DNA of 64,000 bases. Origin: Cenococcum geophilum. Its lineage: Eukaryota. The translations under genes were made by a program, and so were the position numbers. Of the stretch, positions 11,901 to 26,760 are shown piece after piece; positions within the stretch are counted from its first letter, which is position 1, and every line of letters begins with the position of its first letter. The stretch spans positions 4,774,001 through 4,838,000 of the forward strand of contig CP158636.1 of the NCBI GenBank assembly GCA_050273025.1. The letters are read 5' to 3'. The notes beneath the pieces were generated by a model. That model saw only the letters and a list, made by a program, of their open reading frames with translations, ran no database searches and had not been told where the DNA came from.

Positions 11901-14900
11901 TAAATAGTTTCTTTATACTTTATAAAAATACTCTTTATTCCTTTAATACTATAACTATACCTAATAACTCTTTGTTATAAATGTTATAGTTTAACTCTAG
12001 TAGTATTATCTTTTAACTGTAGTATGCTACTAGGTACTATTTATCTTAATATTTCTATATAAAGTATACCCTTAGTATATAGTCTAATATATCTATTTCT
12101 ATAACCGTCTTTAATCCTAGTTAATAGATCTTAAGAACTAGCTCCTAGGTAAACAACTCTTTAACTTTTTTAAAAAGTTCTCGCTGCTCCTCTCCCTATA
12201 CCTATAGTTTTTCTTTCTTCGTTAACCGCGTAAATAGTTTAATATCTTTTAACTATTGCGCTATAAAATTCCTATAGTAATTACAAAACCCTAAAAATAA
12301 TCTTAACTATATAACGTTTTCTAGTTCCTACTAATTTACTATAGTCTTAATCTTCTTTAAATCTATACTAAGCTAGCCTAGTTTAATAATAAATCCGACA
12401 AAATCTGTCTTTCTAGTAAAGAACTTGCATTTTTTAATTGCTACTAGCATCTGTTCTTCTTATAGTCTCTTTAAAACCTATTTAACGTATTCCCCGTATT
12501 TTTCCTTGGTTATTAAGTAGATAATAATATTATTAAGGTATACTATAACAAATTTATCTAAGTATTCTCCTAATATATTATTAATACGCTTTTAAAACGT
12601 TACTAGTGCGTTTATAAGCCCGAATTATATAACTAATAGTTTATATAGTCCTTCCTTTAACCTAAAGACTGCCTTTTATTTATTGCCTTCCTTAATCCTA
12701 ATCTAATAGTACGCCTATCTTAGATCTATCTTCGTAAAGATTTACGCGTTACCTATTCTATCTTAGATTTCGCTAATTAAGGGTAAAGGATACCTATCCT
12801 TTCTAGTAATACTATTTAACTGCCTATAGTTGATATACAGCCTTAGTTTACTATCCTTCTTTAGTATAAATAGTACTGGATAACCCGCTAATAACTACAA
12901 TGGTTTAATATATCCCTTCTATAAGTTTTTCTAAATAAACTCTTTTAATACTCTACTTTCTTCTTTAGTAAGCTTATAAATTAGAAAGAACCTTAGACTT
13001 ATTTCTAGTTTTAATTCTATCTTATAGTCCTATACTATATATTTTAACAGCTTTTTACTTTCTAGGCTCTATAGTTTCTTACTATACTTATAGTATCTTT
13101 TTGGTATATAACTTAAGCCTTACTTAGTCTCTTCGTATATCGCTCTAACTTAGTACTATACTAACTTAGTTTATTATCGTATCTTATGGCATTAAGTATC
13201 CCTAATATTAACCTAACCTATAATCTAATTAATTTTTAGATTATATTCCTATAACTAAGGCATTCCTAGTACTACCTTATTATTTCCTAATAGTAATATA
13301 TTAAAAGACATCTTAATCTGTCTCCCTTTAATAGTTAACTAAATAGGTCCTGTTTTAAGGTTAATAATACCTCCTCTATAGGCTATTAGATCTCCTAAAA
13401 TTGTTACTAATAGGTAAAAGTGCTCCTTTTTCCTATATAGTAAACCTATTCTTTTAACTGCTACTAGTAAGATATAGTTCCTTATTGCTCCACTATCTAT
13501 TAATACTTTAAACTGCTGATCTTACTATTTAACTTATAAATTTAGGTATTATTCTTAAATTCCTTTAAGGGTCTAAGGCTCTATTACTAGCTCCCTTTAG
13601 TCCTATAGGCCTCTACTTTTCCTAACTATTAGCTGCTTAATCCTATCTATACTTAGTCCACCTTTAGCCAATACTTAGTTCGCTTTTTGTCCTTAATATA
13701 CTATAAACACGTATTCTCTAGGCATTCCCACCACTATTATCCGTCTAGGCATTCTTCCGTAAGGAATCTTTCTAGCTAAAGTATTAAGTCTCCTAACTCC
13801 TAAACTTCTACTAGATACCAGCCATATATATACTTAGCGTTTTAGTACCTCTATTCTTCTACTAGCTAATATATTCTTATAGGGTATTTCTAATACTTAT
13901 CCTTTAGTGCTCTATATATATTACACGCATCGTCTATATATATAATCCACGCTAATATATAATATGCTTAGTATCTTAGGTTAACTCTTAGCTTATCTTT
14001 ATCCTTAAGTTTAAACCTCTATCGTGCTAATCTAAACGTTACGACTTTATTTATAGGTACTAAAATACGTCTCTCGCTTCTCTAGTCCTCTAAACACTCC
14101 TCTAGATCCTTTAATATTATAATTAAGGCTCCCTTAATATAACTTATTGCTTTTTCCATAATTAGGTGGTCTTAAATAACTTTCTTATCTAACTATATAT
14201 AGAAATCTTCCTACTTATTATTATGCCTTTGCCTATACTACCTTTAGTATAGCTACTAGAGTGTATACGGTTCGTTCGTAAGAAAGTATCTTTTTATTAC
14301 TACGTTATAATAGCCCTTTATATATCGTTCTTTAAACCTAGTTAAAATCCCTAAATCCTCTTCTTATTTTAGTTTAGTAAGCTACTTAGCTCTTAGTATG
14401 CCTGCCCTAGGCCTATTAGTAATTCTTTATATAGGTGCTCTGTCCCTTATACGTCCCAATATACTAGATCTCTTATCTAGTTTCTGTTCTTGCTATAAGG
14501 TAATTCTTGCTCTAAATTCCTCTATAGTTTCTTTCTTTTCGCGTCTTATAAGTAGATCCTTAAAGTCTTCCTACTTCTTAATCTTAATATCGACTTTTTA
14601 ATCTTTAGGCTAAACACTGCGTTCCCCTAGTAAGTCCTCTAGGTCTATATACTTATCTCCTAGTCTAGTTGCTATTTATATTACCAATTCTCTAATCTAG
14701 TTAATAGTCCTTATTTATATCTTAAATTCTTAGTTCTATAGGATTCTCAATCCTAAGCTTGCTTTTAACTTGAGCTTTACTCCTACCTTAGTCTAACTAG
14801 GCTTACTTAGTATTCTTATCTCGTCTTAAAAGTCTTAAATCTTACTTATCTTGTCTTAAGAGTCTTATGCCTGTAGGAAACTTTATCCTAAGCTTATTTA

Positions 14901-15544
14901 TATATCTTTAAACTAAGCTACTGCCCTACTCTATCGGTTTCTATCTGTTATAGGTCCTTAGGTCTGCCTTATCTTATCTTAAAAATCTTAGTTATCTCTT
15001 ATCTTATCTTAAGAGTCTTAAGCCTTTGGCCTTTTGCCTTTATTAAGTACTAAAGTAGCTCACTATTTTACTTCTCTTACGTCTTATAAAGCGATAGATA
15101 TCGTGTCTAGTAGGGTCTTAATCCCTACTAATATTCCCTATTTTATAGTGGAATTATCCTCTACCTCTTATATAATATCTTTAAAGTCTATATACTCCTA
15201 GTAAGCCGCTTTTATTACCTTATTATTATAGAATGTTTCGCCTTTATTAAATTTATCGTCTTTAATGTCCGATCTGCGAACTAGTTTATTAGTTTCTTTA
15301 TACTCTATAGATTTTAGCTCCTATAGCTAATAGCTTACGCCATACTTAGCATCTTTATAAATTTAGTATGCGTTATTATAACAGAACGTAAAACTTCTAA
15401 TTAAACATTCTTTTATTCCTTGCAGTACACTGTTATCCCTCTATATATATATATCTCCTATAAAAAGCCGCTACAGCAGCAGAACACGCCCATTACTTAT
15501 CCAATAAAGATACAATTACTCCTAATCAAATCTACGGCATAATA

Positions 15545-17040
15545 TGCCCTAGAATCAATGCACGCACTACAGCCGGAAAGCCTGCGCGACCTAGAAGGGT
15601 CGCAGCAGACTCGAAGGTAGGTCGAAATGTAAAAAAACGCGACACCACAACAAACCCAATAGGGGGCAACCCAACTACAACAACCAAAGGACAACGACCA
15701 GAAATGGCAGAAACTCGTAGATATCCTAAAAGACATTAAGGAAGACCTAGGGAAGGGAGAAGACGAACACCCACGCGTAGGGGTAGCGCGTGCGGCTTAA
15801 TAGGCTAGATATATCGCTCGGGAACTATAAACAAGGCATAATAGGAACTAGAACGCGGTAAAGGATAGGCTTAGGCGCATTAAGGACGCTATAAAATTAT
15901 AGGGAACACCAACAACGTATATAATAAAGCCCTTATAGGCCAACATCGCTGCCAGCGCCCGACCGGCGCCTCCCTAGCGCCTCCCTAGCGTAGCACCCGT
16001 AAGGTCTATAGTTAGGGTCCAAACGCTAAAAGTAGTAGCAGTAGAGCCAGAACAGATTCTTATAGCAATTAGGACATATATACCAAAGGTAGTAGCAGTA
16101 AAGGTCCTACATAGCGGCGACGTAGAGGTTATGCTTCCGAACTAATAGGTAAAGGACTAAGCCATAACCTAGGGAGACACCCCTAAGTATAAGATACTCT
16201 GCTAGGACTACCTAGTTAAAGTACTTAGAGTACCCATTAATATATAAGTAGAAAGCGGACGAGGCGCTATAAACTTATAACTCATCTAAAGGATTATAGA
16301 GGCCACTAAGAAATTAGTCTTAGGAATTACGATATCTAGAGTCGCATGGCTCTATAAAGTACGCACTATATATATAGGCGTATTACTAGGGTTCCAAAAG
16401 GTCAAAATACGCGGCACCTTAATTATTAATCTACTAACCTAGGAGATGTAGGCGGCAGTTATATATAAAGGAATAGTTATAGACAGCCTCTAGTATAAAG
16501 CCCGGTTATACTACCGCGCAGTCTAAATACGCCAATACTTTAAATGCTAGTAGTAGGGCTATACCTAGAGCGCATATAGGAGACAGGGAAAGGTATAGGC
16601 TATGCGCCAACACATATAAGACGAAAGACTGCCCTAAGGTTAAGGGAGTTAGATACGTAAACTACGGTAAAGAACATAAAGTATGGCAGAAGACGGCCTA
16701 TAAGACCTTCTAGGTATACCTAAAAGCCACTAGGAAAAGGCAAGCCAAACTATACTAGGCTATAGCTGTAGTACGGGGAAACGCATATAAGGAGAAAGAG
16801 CTAAGCATAATAGGTAACGGCAGGTAGACAGTCGCACAAAGAAAGAGATTTAGGGTACCTACCCTAATAGGAGTACTTTCTACCTAACTAGCTGTAAAGC
16901 GGAGCATAGGACGCCTATAAGGCAGCACTAATGTCTTTAGAGACCTATCCTAGTAAAGAATCCTAATTATAATAGCCCTAGCTAAAACGCCCTAGAGGAG
17001 AACGGAAGATACCTATAAGTCACCAGACTAACTAATACTA
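15545..17040 (+). pseudogene. LINE ORF1 (gag-like, zinc knuckles); limits approximate
   Basis: KDNDQKWQKLVDILKDIKEDLG...; CCHC knuckle relic IRQYFKC***GYT at ~16530 and further knuckles to ~16700. Confidence 0.8.
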
Positions 17041-20000
17041 TAAATAGATTAATAATAGTATAATATAACTGCGGACACTTAAACTATAAAGCAATACGGC
17101 TACTATTTAACAGCCTAGACCTAGAAGAGTACTAGATAATAGCTTTATAAGAACTGGCATATAACAAATAAATACGCAAAACATACTAACTAAAAGGATA
17201 CTACCTCCTATATAAACCAAACCTGGCTACCTATACGTGCTTCCTAGTTAGTTAATATATCGATACACAGGTATAGAGCTACTACAACATTAGCCTTAAT
17301 ATTAATAAGCTATAACTAGCTACTAATTAAGGCTAAATTAGTATTATTAACGTCTATAACCTAAGCGATAATAAACCCCAAATTGCTATATGGGGACTAC
17401 TTTAACAGATAATCGACATAGTGGAAGGCAAGGTAATTGTCTTAGGGGACTTTAATATACACTATATATTATAGGGAGGGCAGTAAGCTATAGTTAAAGC
17501 ATAGGTAATTTACCTACTAAATGAGCTAGAAACGCGGGGCCTTACCCTTACTACCCTAACTGGTAAACCTACCTGGAAAAGAGGGACCTAAGAGAGTATA
17601 ATTAACCTTATATTTATTAAAGACATACTCGCAGACTAACTAAAGTTCTGCGGACCAGAAGATATATAGGCAATTACTATAAACTATATACCCATATAGA
17701 TAGCGCTTAACATCGCCGCACCAGCGCAGCGAACCCGCTAGAGATACGCTACTAAGAAACTTAACTAGGAAAAGTATACCTAGGAAATCACTAATAGGCT
17801 AGCAGCTATACCTTAAGCATCGCTAGAGGATATCTAGAGAATTATAAGCAACTGCCTAGAAGAATACTGCCTAAAGGCCTAACCTAACAAACACGCCCGC
17901 CGTAAATAGTCGCTAGAGGCAGCCTAGCTACTTATAGGCGCTAAAAGGGCAAGGCGATAGTACAGCGCAATAGGCGAAGCTTACCACCAATAGAGCTTTA
18001 AGGCCCTTAAAAATAGGCTTAAGAAGATAATTTAGAAAGAGGGTAGAAATAACTGGCGCCAATTCCTTAAAGAAATTACCTTAGACCCTACTAAACCATA
18101 TAATAAGGGACTATAGCATATATTAAAGTGGAGTAAGTAAGCCGCCAAAGAGACGCTAGGGGACCCCTACCTACCCGCACTACGCTGGTTAGAATAGGAC
18201 TAGTACACGAATAATAATGGGGAAAAAATTAAAATACTAGCAGAAAGGTTCTTCCCTAGCGCAGGCTAAGCGGACCTATAGGATATTAGCAGCCAATCCC
18301 TTCCCGTACCTATTAAAATAAGTTATATAATATTAGTAAAAGAAATAAAGGACGCTATATAAAAGCTCCCTACCGGTAAAGTGCTAGGGCTAGATAAGAT
18401 CCTAAATAAGGTAATTAAGGCTGCGGTAGAAGTAATAGCAATACTACTTACTAATGCTGTAACCGCCTGTCTTTAGGGAGGCGAACTACCCGAAGGCTTT
18501 AAAGCAACAACTACGGTTATCTTATAAAAGGTAAAGAAAAAAGACTATTCCCTTCTAGGAAGCTACCGCCCGATCGCCTTAGAAAATACCCTAGGAAAGC
18601 TTCTAGAAAAGATAGTTATAGAATATATATAAGAAGCGGCAGAAGTATAGGAGCTACTACCGTAGATATAAATGGGCGTAAGAAAGAAACGATTAACCCT
18701 TTCAGCCCTCTCCCTAATCACCTCTAGCGTCTAAGTGGTATAGTAAGCTTACCTAGGATATATTATATCTATACTAAGCCTAGACCTAAGCAGAGCCTTT
18801 AATAACGTATTATATAAGAGACTTCTATAGATTCTAAGAAATAAGGGCCTACTAGACTAGATAATTAAGTTCGTCTATACCTTCCTAATAGGGCGTACTA
18901 TAAAAATTATAATTGAGGGATATGAAAGTAAATTAATACTAATACCTATAGGCATCCTATAGGGATCACCCCTCTTACTAATCCTATTCCTCTTCTTTAT
19001 ATCCGAACTACTAGAGATATTTAACAATAGCAAGGATATAATAGCCCTTAGATTTATTAATAACACAAACCTAATTATATAGGGAAACACAGTAGCAGAA
19101 AACTATACTAGGCTAAACTAGGCGCATAATAGGTGCATTACATAGGCAAAACGATACGGCGCTAAATTCGCACTAGATAAATACTAACTTATCCACTTTA
19201 TAAGGAAAAGAAGGGCAAGTAGCGATTTAGCCTTAATAGTGAATATTTAGGGCTGCGAAGCAAAACTAGAAGCTACCCTTAAGATCCTAGGGGTCTGGGT
19301 AGACTCTAAACTAAACTAGAACGAGTATATTATATAGGTAACTTATAGGGGAGCAGCTATATTCTTGGTAGCATTATAAATTACCGCCTTAACATAGGGA
19401 CCCTTATTTAGACTTACACGCCTACTATACATAGTAGTTATAAGGCCAACAATGCTATACGGCTCCTAGGTCTAGGGCCTAGGACTAAGTAGTAAGGTGC
19501 GAGTAAAGAGCGCCCTAGCGCTATTAGCTAAGCTATAAAATAAGTGCCTATGTAGAACCATAGGGGTATATAGGAGAACACTACGCGCCGCACTTGAACG
19601 TAAAGCGGTAGTTCTACTACTAGACGTATATATTAATATAACCGTAATATAGAGAGCAGTCACAGTATAAGGCCACCCAGTAGAAGAAAAAATTCGCTAA
19701 ACGCTAAAACGTATATGAGAAATGAGATATATATAAAGAGCGAGGGCTCCTTAAAGGGGAGACACGCCCAAGTATACTAGCTAGGAAGCCCTCTACCTAT
19801 AAGCGGTAGAGAGAGAAAAGGAAATGTGGGAACTACTAGCCCACTAAGCAGAGACCCGGCGCCATACTAGTAGAGCGCTATAACGGCAATAGAGGATAGG
19901 AGGCCACTAATATAAGTGGAGATCTACTATACTAATCGTAAGATAGGTAGATCTCGAATAGAAGTAATAATAGAAGGAAGTAGCGGAAATATAAGACGTA

Positions 20001-20406
20001 ACTATATAGAACACCCCATAGTTAATACTAACTCTCCCCCTATATAAAGGACTAACGAAAGTGGAGTTTACAGCTGCCTTTCTACTATAGATGGAGGTCC
20101 TAGGCCTAAACGTATGGCTCGCGGGCGTCTATGTCCTAAGTACTATACCTTAGTGCATATACGGATAGCCCGCTTAGACAGTACGCTATATACTACTATT
20201 TTGCAGCTACCGCTTAGTAAGGGACTAGCTACTTATTAGTATAGGCACAAACGATATTAACCGGATGCTCTCTATAAGTAGAGGCCTATAAGCAGCAGCA
20301 AAATGGCTTATAGGATAAGGAGTCCTCTAGTAGTTCCAAACTGCACATAAGATTTAATAGGAGGACACTATAGGACACGCCCCTCTCCAGCCCCTTAGAG
20401 ACTGAT
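17035..20406 (+). pseudogene. LINE ORF2 (AP endonuclease plus reverse transcriptase)
   Basis: VLGDFN ~17440; LGPDKIPN-like ~18390; SYRPIALENTLGK ~18560; GIL*GSPLLLILF ~18950; FINNTN (FVDD) ~19053; C-terminal TVRYILLFC relic. Confidence 0.9.
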
Positions 20407-22261
20407 CACCCCCCGCCTAGCTATAGGCGGCATACTGGCGAATCGCCAGACCCTCCTACTACTCCCTCCCCCTAGATCTTCTAATATACCCAGGAAGTAT
20501 AGTACGTAAGGCAGACAAAAGATATAAAGATATACTAGCTAGGCGAAGGCGGAACGCGTATTACTAGCGGCAAGGAAATACTTAGGTTTTTCCCCCTTAA
20601 GGGGATTTTTTCCTATATAGATAGGTAGTAGCCTATATAGACCTAAAAAGGGACCGAATTGGGCAATAAATAGAATTAATAATAATATATATATCTCCTA
20701 CTATTAGTCTAGTTCCCTTTATTATATAGTAACTCTAACTATCTTTATAATCCCTTGCGAAATAACCTTATTTCCCGCAATTTATATAAGCTCCCTCTTT
20801 AAACCATTAACTTTGCTATAAAGTCCGCCTAAACGTCTTCTACTGTTAAGATCCCTAGTTTAGCCTCTACTCCCTAGTCCTATAATTACTAGATCCTTAA
20901 CCTCTAGGTTTTTATAGTTTTTTACTCCATCTCTTATAGGCCTCTTTAGTACTACTTAGGTCTATTAGCTCTGCGCTATACCATAGTTTCTAACTTAGCT
21001 TTAGTCGATACGTACTTTATGTCTTATATAACTATAGAACTTTATCCTAGCCTCTCTTAGCCTATTCCCTCTAGTAGATCTAATTGTTAATCTTAATCGC
21101 TTAATCTATTAAATCCCTTAGGGTGTCTATATCTTCTATTAGGATAATCGCGTCCTAGACTTTAGCCTTAAGTCCTTACTTATACTATGCTATAAGCGCC
21201 TTATTATTCCACTCTACTTATATTACTAGCGTCTAAAACTACGTTGTATACTTAATTACTAAGGTTTATTACGTAATATCTTAGAGTTTTTTTTTCGCCG
21301 TAGTTACTACCTCTAGGTCTCCGAATATTTATATAAGTTATTCTACGAACCCTTCCTAGCTTAAGAATATAAACCGCACCTCCTAATTAGTAGTCGTTAT
21401 TCTGTTTACCTATATTTCTATAAGGTAAGGCTTAAACTACTTAAGTACTTTTCTTAATAGGAATAGTCTTATATAGGCTATTCGATCTATAAGTGTTAGT
21501 AGCTTCGCCCCTTCTTATATAACCTTAAAGTATATTTAGGTAAGAAACCCCTTAAGCTTTAATCTTTCTCCTAAATACCTTTTAATTAATAGTAACTTAA
21601 CCTTTACTGCTCCAATCCCATTAACCCTCTCTTCTAATACTATATTATTAGTTATTAACTGGTTAATTACCTCTTATAGTTATCCAATCGTTACAGGTTG
21701 CTATAAGTTAGTATCTGCCATACTAGTATTATTTCCTAATCTCGAAGTAGTTGCCGCCGTTAATAGCGTCGTGGTGGCTATTTTTAGTGGTATGTTATTT
21801 AACTTTCTATATTTAATACTGTAACTAGGTAGTAATTGTGTAACGGAACCTTATAGTAAGTACTATAATAGGCTCGTTATTAGGCTAGATGTGTAGGTAA
21901 TGTAAATTAAAGTTAATAACGTAATAATAACTAGTGGAGTAGTTGCTTAATAGATTAACTTTAATTATATTCTAAGAATTACTATAAGGAAGGAACTATC
22001 TAGGTAGGGACTATAGTCCTTTAAATACATAACTATACTTCTATAAAATCCTTCTTATATATAATATACGTCTTATATATAAGGTACGTAAGTTCCTTTT
22101 ATTCCTCTTGTTTAATACGTAGCATATTATATAACCTTAGTTACTATTTCTCGTTATATAGCTCTACCGGCTCTATTCTAGACCGTACCTAAATTAACTA
22201 ACTAGCTTCTTCTGACTCTTCCCTAAGTAGTTATAATATTGTACTTAAAGCGTCCGTAACA

Positions 22262-24030
22262 CTTTCCTTAACCTTCTCTGCTCCTTAGCTTAGTATCTTT
22301 ATAATATAGCATTTATTTAAGCTTCGGTTTAAAGGCATTTGTTTAAGCCGTAACAAAGCCTATATAATTAGTAGTCTATAAATAAGGATCTAAAGCTAAA
22401 GAAAGAAAAGGAGACGGAGGGCGGCGCCGCTTAACGTTATATATAATCCTTTAATTATATAACGGTAACTGTCTAAAACTGTCTAAAACTGTCTACAACT
22501 ATTTACAACTATCCGCTATAATCTACTAATATCTATTAGCTATAATCCACCAGTTTCTACTAGTGCTGTAATATTACCCCCCCCCCCTTTAAAAAAGCCT
22601 ACCCTTAGGCTTTATACGTCCGTATTATATCTATAGGGTATTTTTATCTTTATGCTTAATAGGCAGCTTATTATCTTCGCTATTTTAGCACTTTATTTAC
22701 TTATTAAGGTACTTTAGGGGTTTAGGTTTATTAGAGTAACGACTATAAAATTCCTAAAGCTTATAGGGACTACCTATAAAGTTCTATATAGGGTACTAAG
22801 TAGGGTCTAAGTTGTACCCTTTCTAACTAATATAATATTTTAACGTTCCCCTTATAAGCTTATAGGCTAGTATTTCTTTAATTTCCTATTTATTATTGCT
22901 ATTAACTTAAATCGGTAGGGGAGGTTTATTTTTTTAATTTAGGTAATAGGTTATTTATAGCTTTCTATAGTTTATCTAGAGAGAAAATAGGGTAAACTTT
23001 AATTAAATTTAGGAGCTTTACTTTATACGCGTTACCTATCTTTTTAAAAACCTTATATAGTCCTACTATTTAATAGTCTAGCTTATAGCTAGGTCGTTTT
23101 ATCCTCTAGTTCTTTATTATAACCTAGACCATATTTTCTACGGTAAAGTTAGGCTCTTACTTATACTTATTTGCCTATTATTATATTAATTTTTAGGCCT
23201 TTTCTAGATTTATATAGGCTACCATCTAAGCGCTTAGCGTAGTACTATATTTCTTTATAAGATAGTTTTTTGTGTATGGTTTAGGGTCCTTCTAGTCTTT
23301 CCTAGTTAAAGCTTATATAGGGTAAGTAACCCATTTCTAGTTAAATAGGGGCAAATCCTATAGAGTTATAGGGTAGGGCCGCTTAAGCATAGTTTATTAG
23401 GGGTAGTAGTTTAGCCTAGTTATTTTAAAAGTAGTTAATAAAGAGCCGAAGTCTCTAATCTAAGTATTAATTTATAATTTCCGTCTAACTATCTATCTAG
23501 GGGTAGTATGTGGTAGAAAGCTTTAGCTTAATGCCTAAAATCTAGGTAAACTTATTCTAGAATGCTAATATAAATTACGGCCTATAATTAGATATAATAG
23601 TATCTAATACTCCGTAGATTTAGTAGACGTAGTAGATATATAGTTAGGCCGCTTCTTTAGTATTAATATTTTTATAATATAGGATTAAGAATAGGCGTTT
23701 ACTAAAGCGATTAACTAGAATTATAACTTTATTATATCTATTATGGTCTATAGGTAGCTTATAAAAGTCTATAAAGATATATTATTAGGGGCGTTCTAGT
23801 ATTAGAAGTAGTTTTAATAATCTTAGGGTTTTATCTTATAGGATTATAAATTTATAGTAGCTATTGCAGTTCTATATATAACAGTTAATATATATAACTA
23901 TTTTAGGCTAGTAGTAGCAGTTACTAATAATTTTATAGGTTTTTTTAGGGTAGGCTATAAAGACCTAGGTATAAGCTTTAGTATAGGCAGTTCTAATAAG
24001 CTTTTTTTTAATCCGTTACTAATACAGAGA
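22262..24030 (-). mobile_element. Truncated Gypsy element, family D: partial 3' LTR, PPT, chromodomain, integrase
   Basis: LTR remnant ends ...GCTGTAATA at ~22573, followed by a C-run PPT complement. Chromodomain WKGYNLDPT-like ~22800; GPY ~23065; integrase core and HHCC relic to ~24000. No RT seen upstream. Confidence 0.8.
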
Positions 24031-25993
24031 TTATAAAGCTTTGTTCTTAAAACTCTATTATTTTATTATAATAATAATAGTAGGGTTATCTACTAAATAA
24101 GAAGTCCTTCTAGGCCTTTAGTGCCACTGTTTAATCACGGACTGTATTAGGCTTATCCTTAGTAGGATTCTCTTATATATTTGGCGTAGAGTCCGTAGTT
24201 AGCAGCTACGTAGCTACTTGTTATAGGTTTTTAGCGTTATAAGTTAGGTAAACGTTTACCGACTTTTTACGCCTATATAGTAATATTGTAATAGCAATTA
24301 TTATAACAGTAATAAAGTAATTAGATTTAGCTTATGTTATAAAACGGGGGTAGTGGCTATAAAGCGTATATATTTAAGGAGTCTATAAGACGTTACGTAA
24401 TTGATTGTAAGGGTTAAGGGCGTAAGGAGGTGATATACCTACGCGTAGCTAATATAAGCTATACGTAAGGTGTATATAAGAGCACGGGGCTCTCCTATAG
24501 AGGCCCCTATAGTAGGGTTCTGTAACACTACCCCCCCTCTTATAGAGGTGGAGCTCTGGCAATACTGTAGTTACTATATATATATAAAAGGGACACTTAA
24601 GGTATAGAAAAGAAGAAAAGGGGGGTATTGCTAAAGGCTTAAAATAACGTTATGTAATAGGGCTTGGCATCTAAGAATCTAACTAATTAGATAACTTTGA
24701 CCGCTAGTTAAAGTTTTTAAATATCTTAATAATATTCCGGTTATGTGATCGCACTTTACCGCAATCTAACGGTAATCTAATGGTAATTTACCCTTATGTA
24801 GTAATATATAACGGTTTAACTCTATAAGGGCTCCTATAGAGGATTAGGTATAAAGTCTTTACTTAGGCCTAGTTTCTATAGGTTTGTATAGTAAAAGTCG
24901 CTAATTAGATCCTTTACATTTTTAAAGTCTTCCTATAGTTGCTATTCTAGCTAATCTATATTAAATCCTATGTATATAGCTCTATAGTAAAGCCGTCGTC
25001 CTCTACCTTTGCTAAAGTATTTAGAGTTAATAATTCGTTTAATAGTCCACTCCTTATAGTTCTTATCTTTATTCTTATCTTAGATTAGTACTAGTAGGGG
25101 TTTAGGCTATATCTACCTTAGTAAAGGGTTAGGCTAATAGAGGTATAATAGCTATAGGTAAAATATGGGCTATATCCCGCGGGTAGCTAGGGCGGGTAGA
25201 AGTTCTAGCTTATATACGGCTCCCCTATTAATAACTTATTTAATTAGATAGGGGCTAAGGTTCTTATAATTAAGTAACTTTATAGGCCTCTATATAGAGA
25301 TATTGCGTATATTTAGCTATACCTAGTCACTAATATATATCTTTAGTGGTGGCGTTCTATAACGGTTAGCGAAGTAGGCCTACTTTACTTAAGCCTAGGC
25401 CATTTCTCCCTTATAGTAGTTAAGTAGATTTTTTATACGGTCTATATGCTAGTTAGTAAATAATATCTTAAGGCGTTTTCTATATAGCAGTTTTTTATTA
25501 ATAGGTTCTTGTTAGGACGCTAAGGTCCTTAGGGTATATAGTAATATAATAATAGTAACGGGATATAAAGAGTATCTGGTTCTTAATGAAGTAGAACTGT
25601 AAAACTAAATTCTACTATTCTCTAATATGGGGCGACTACGTTTTATAGGCGCCTTGCCTGCGCCTCGCCTGCGCTAAGCCGGTTACGGCTAGTACGTCTC
25701 TATAGCCTAATAATTGCCCCCCCCTTCTTAAGCGGCTGTTTTTAGCCGACGCTATTATACAATAGGAGTGCTATTATTGCCCTTCCTTAAATAAAAAGTT
25801 TTTTTAACAAATTTAAGTAAATTAGATAATATAATAATAGGATAATGTAATAATAGGATAATATAATAATAGGACCTTATAGAGATCTATAAAGGTAGGA
25901 GTTTCTACCTAGGTAGGACACCAGATTTCCCTTCTTATTTAATTTTAATTTGTTTAGCCTATGACTTACCTTCTTCTTAACTTTTAATTAATT

Positions 25994-26760
25994 ATAAATC
26001 GCAAGTATAGTGCTGCTGGTTTGCCTGTTGGCGAGCCTTCCGTAAGTATTTTTTATACTAGCTTATAGCTATTGCTAACCCTACTAGACGCCGTCTAAGC
26101 TTCTTTATTGTTTATAAGGTGCTCCCCTAGCCTTACTTAAACTAATTTACCTCCGCTATGCTAAGCGCGTAGCTACCGCTAGGCGGGCTATTTGCGGTAA
26201 GTAGGCTAACTGTAATTATGGGTACTACTAATAACTAAATAAGTCGTGCTAACTAGTAAGTTTAAGTGCGTTAGTTTAGGTTTTAATAGCTAATAAACTA
26301 GGTCCCTAAGGCCTTCTATAGCCACCTAAATAAGCTACTCGCCCTTATTAATAGGGCTAAGCGCTAGCGGGTTGCTAGCGGGGACACGGCTAACCTTAAC
26401 GCTCGCGTTACTGCCGCTTAGAAATCCTTTATAAAGGATATTAAGGCCTTAGTACGCACTGGCGCTAAGTATAGTCTCCGCTAGCGCCTAAAGGGTAAAA
26501 ACTTTCCCCTGCTCTAAGTGCAGGAATTATAAGCTATTTATTATACTCTTAAAGGAATTCTTAATATAATACGCGCTTTAGTATATGTTATAGCGTAGGT
26601 GTTTCGCTGTTATAGCGTATGCTAATAGTACCTATAGGCTAATATGCCTCCCATTATAAGGGGTAAGGAGGAGGATAAGAGTAAGGAGGATGAGGAGAAG
26701 GGAGAGGGGGATGAGGAGGGAGAGGAGGAGGAGGAGGAAGAGGAAGAGGTAGAGTTGTAG
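25994..26760 (+). pseudogene. Four-exon antisense accessory gene of element E; six-cysteine (Zn2Cys6-like) cluster and acidic tail; RIP-inactivated
   Basis: Three phase-0 GT-AG introns (26042-26087, 26256-26301, 26581-26637), each with a GCTAAY branch site. Exons of 168, 279 and 123 bp keep one frame. The start codon is inferred (ATA from ATG at 25994). Confidence 0.8.

Larger units (their letters stand above)
15461..20684 (+). mobile_element. Full-length Tad1-like LINE (non-LTR retrotransposon), RIP-degraded
   Basis: 16-bp TSD ATATATATATCTCCTA at 15445-15460 and 20685-20700; 3' AATAAA and TAA-repeat tail; ORF1 and ORF2 relics. Confidence 0.95.
9200..22261 (-). mobile_element. Ty3/Gypsy chromovirus, family A copy 1 (RIP-degraded; 3' LTR truncated; interrupted by a LINE)
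   Basis: 5' LTR at 21839-22261 (TGTAACGG...CCGTAACA); partial 3' LTR at 9200-9513 followed by the polypurine tract (PPT) complement. Minus-strand protease LIDSGA ~13495, RT YLNNIII (YLDD) ~12530, integrase ~10800-11470, chromodomain ~10260-10390. Colinear with 31005-38955. Confidence 0.95.
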
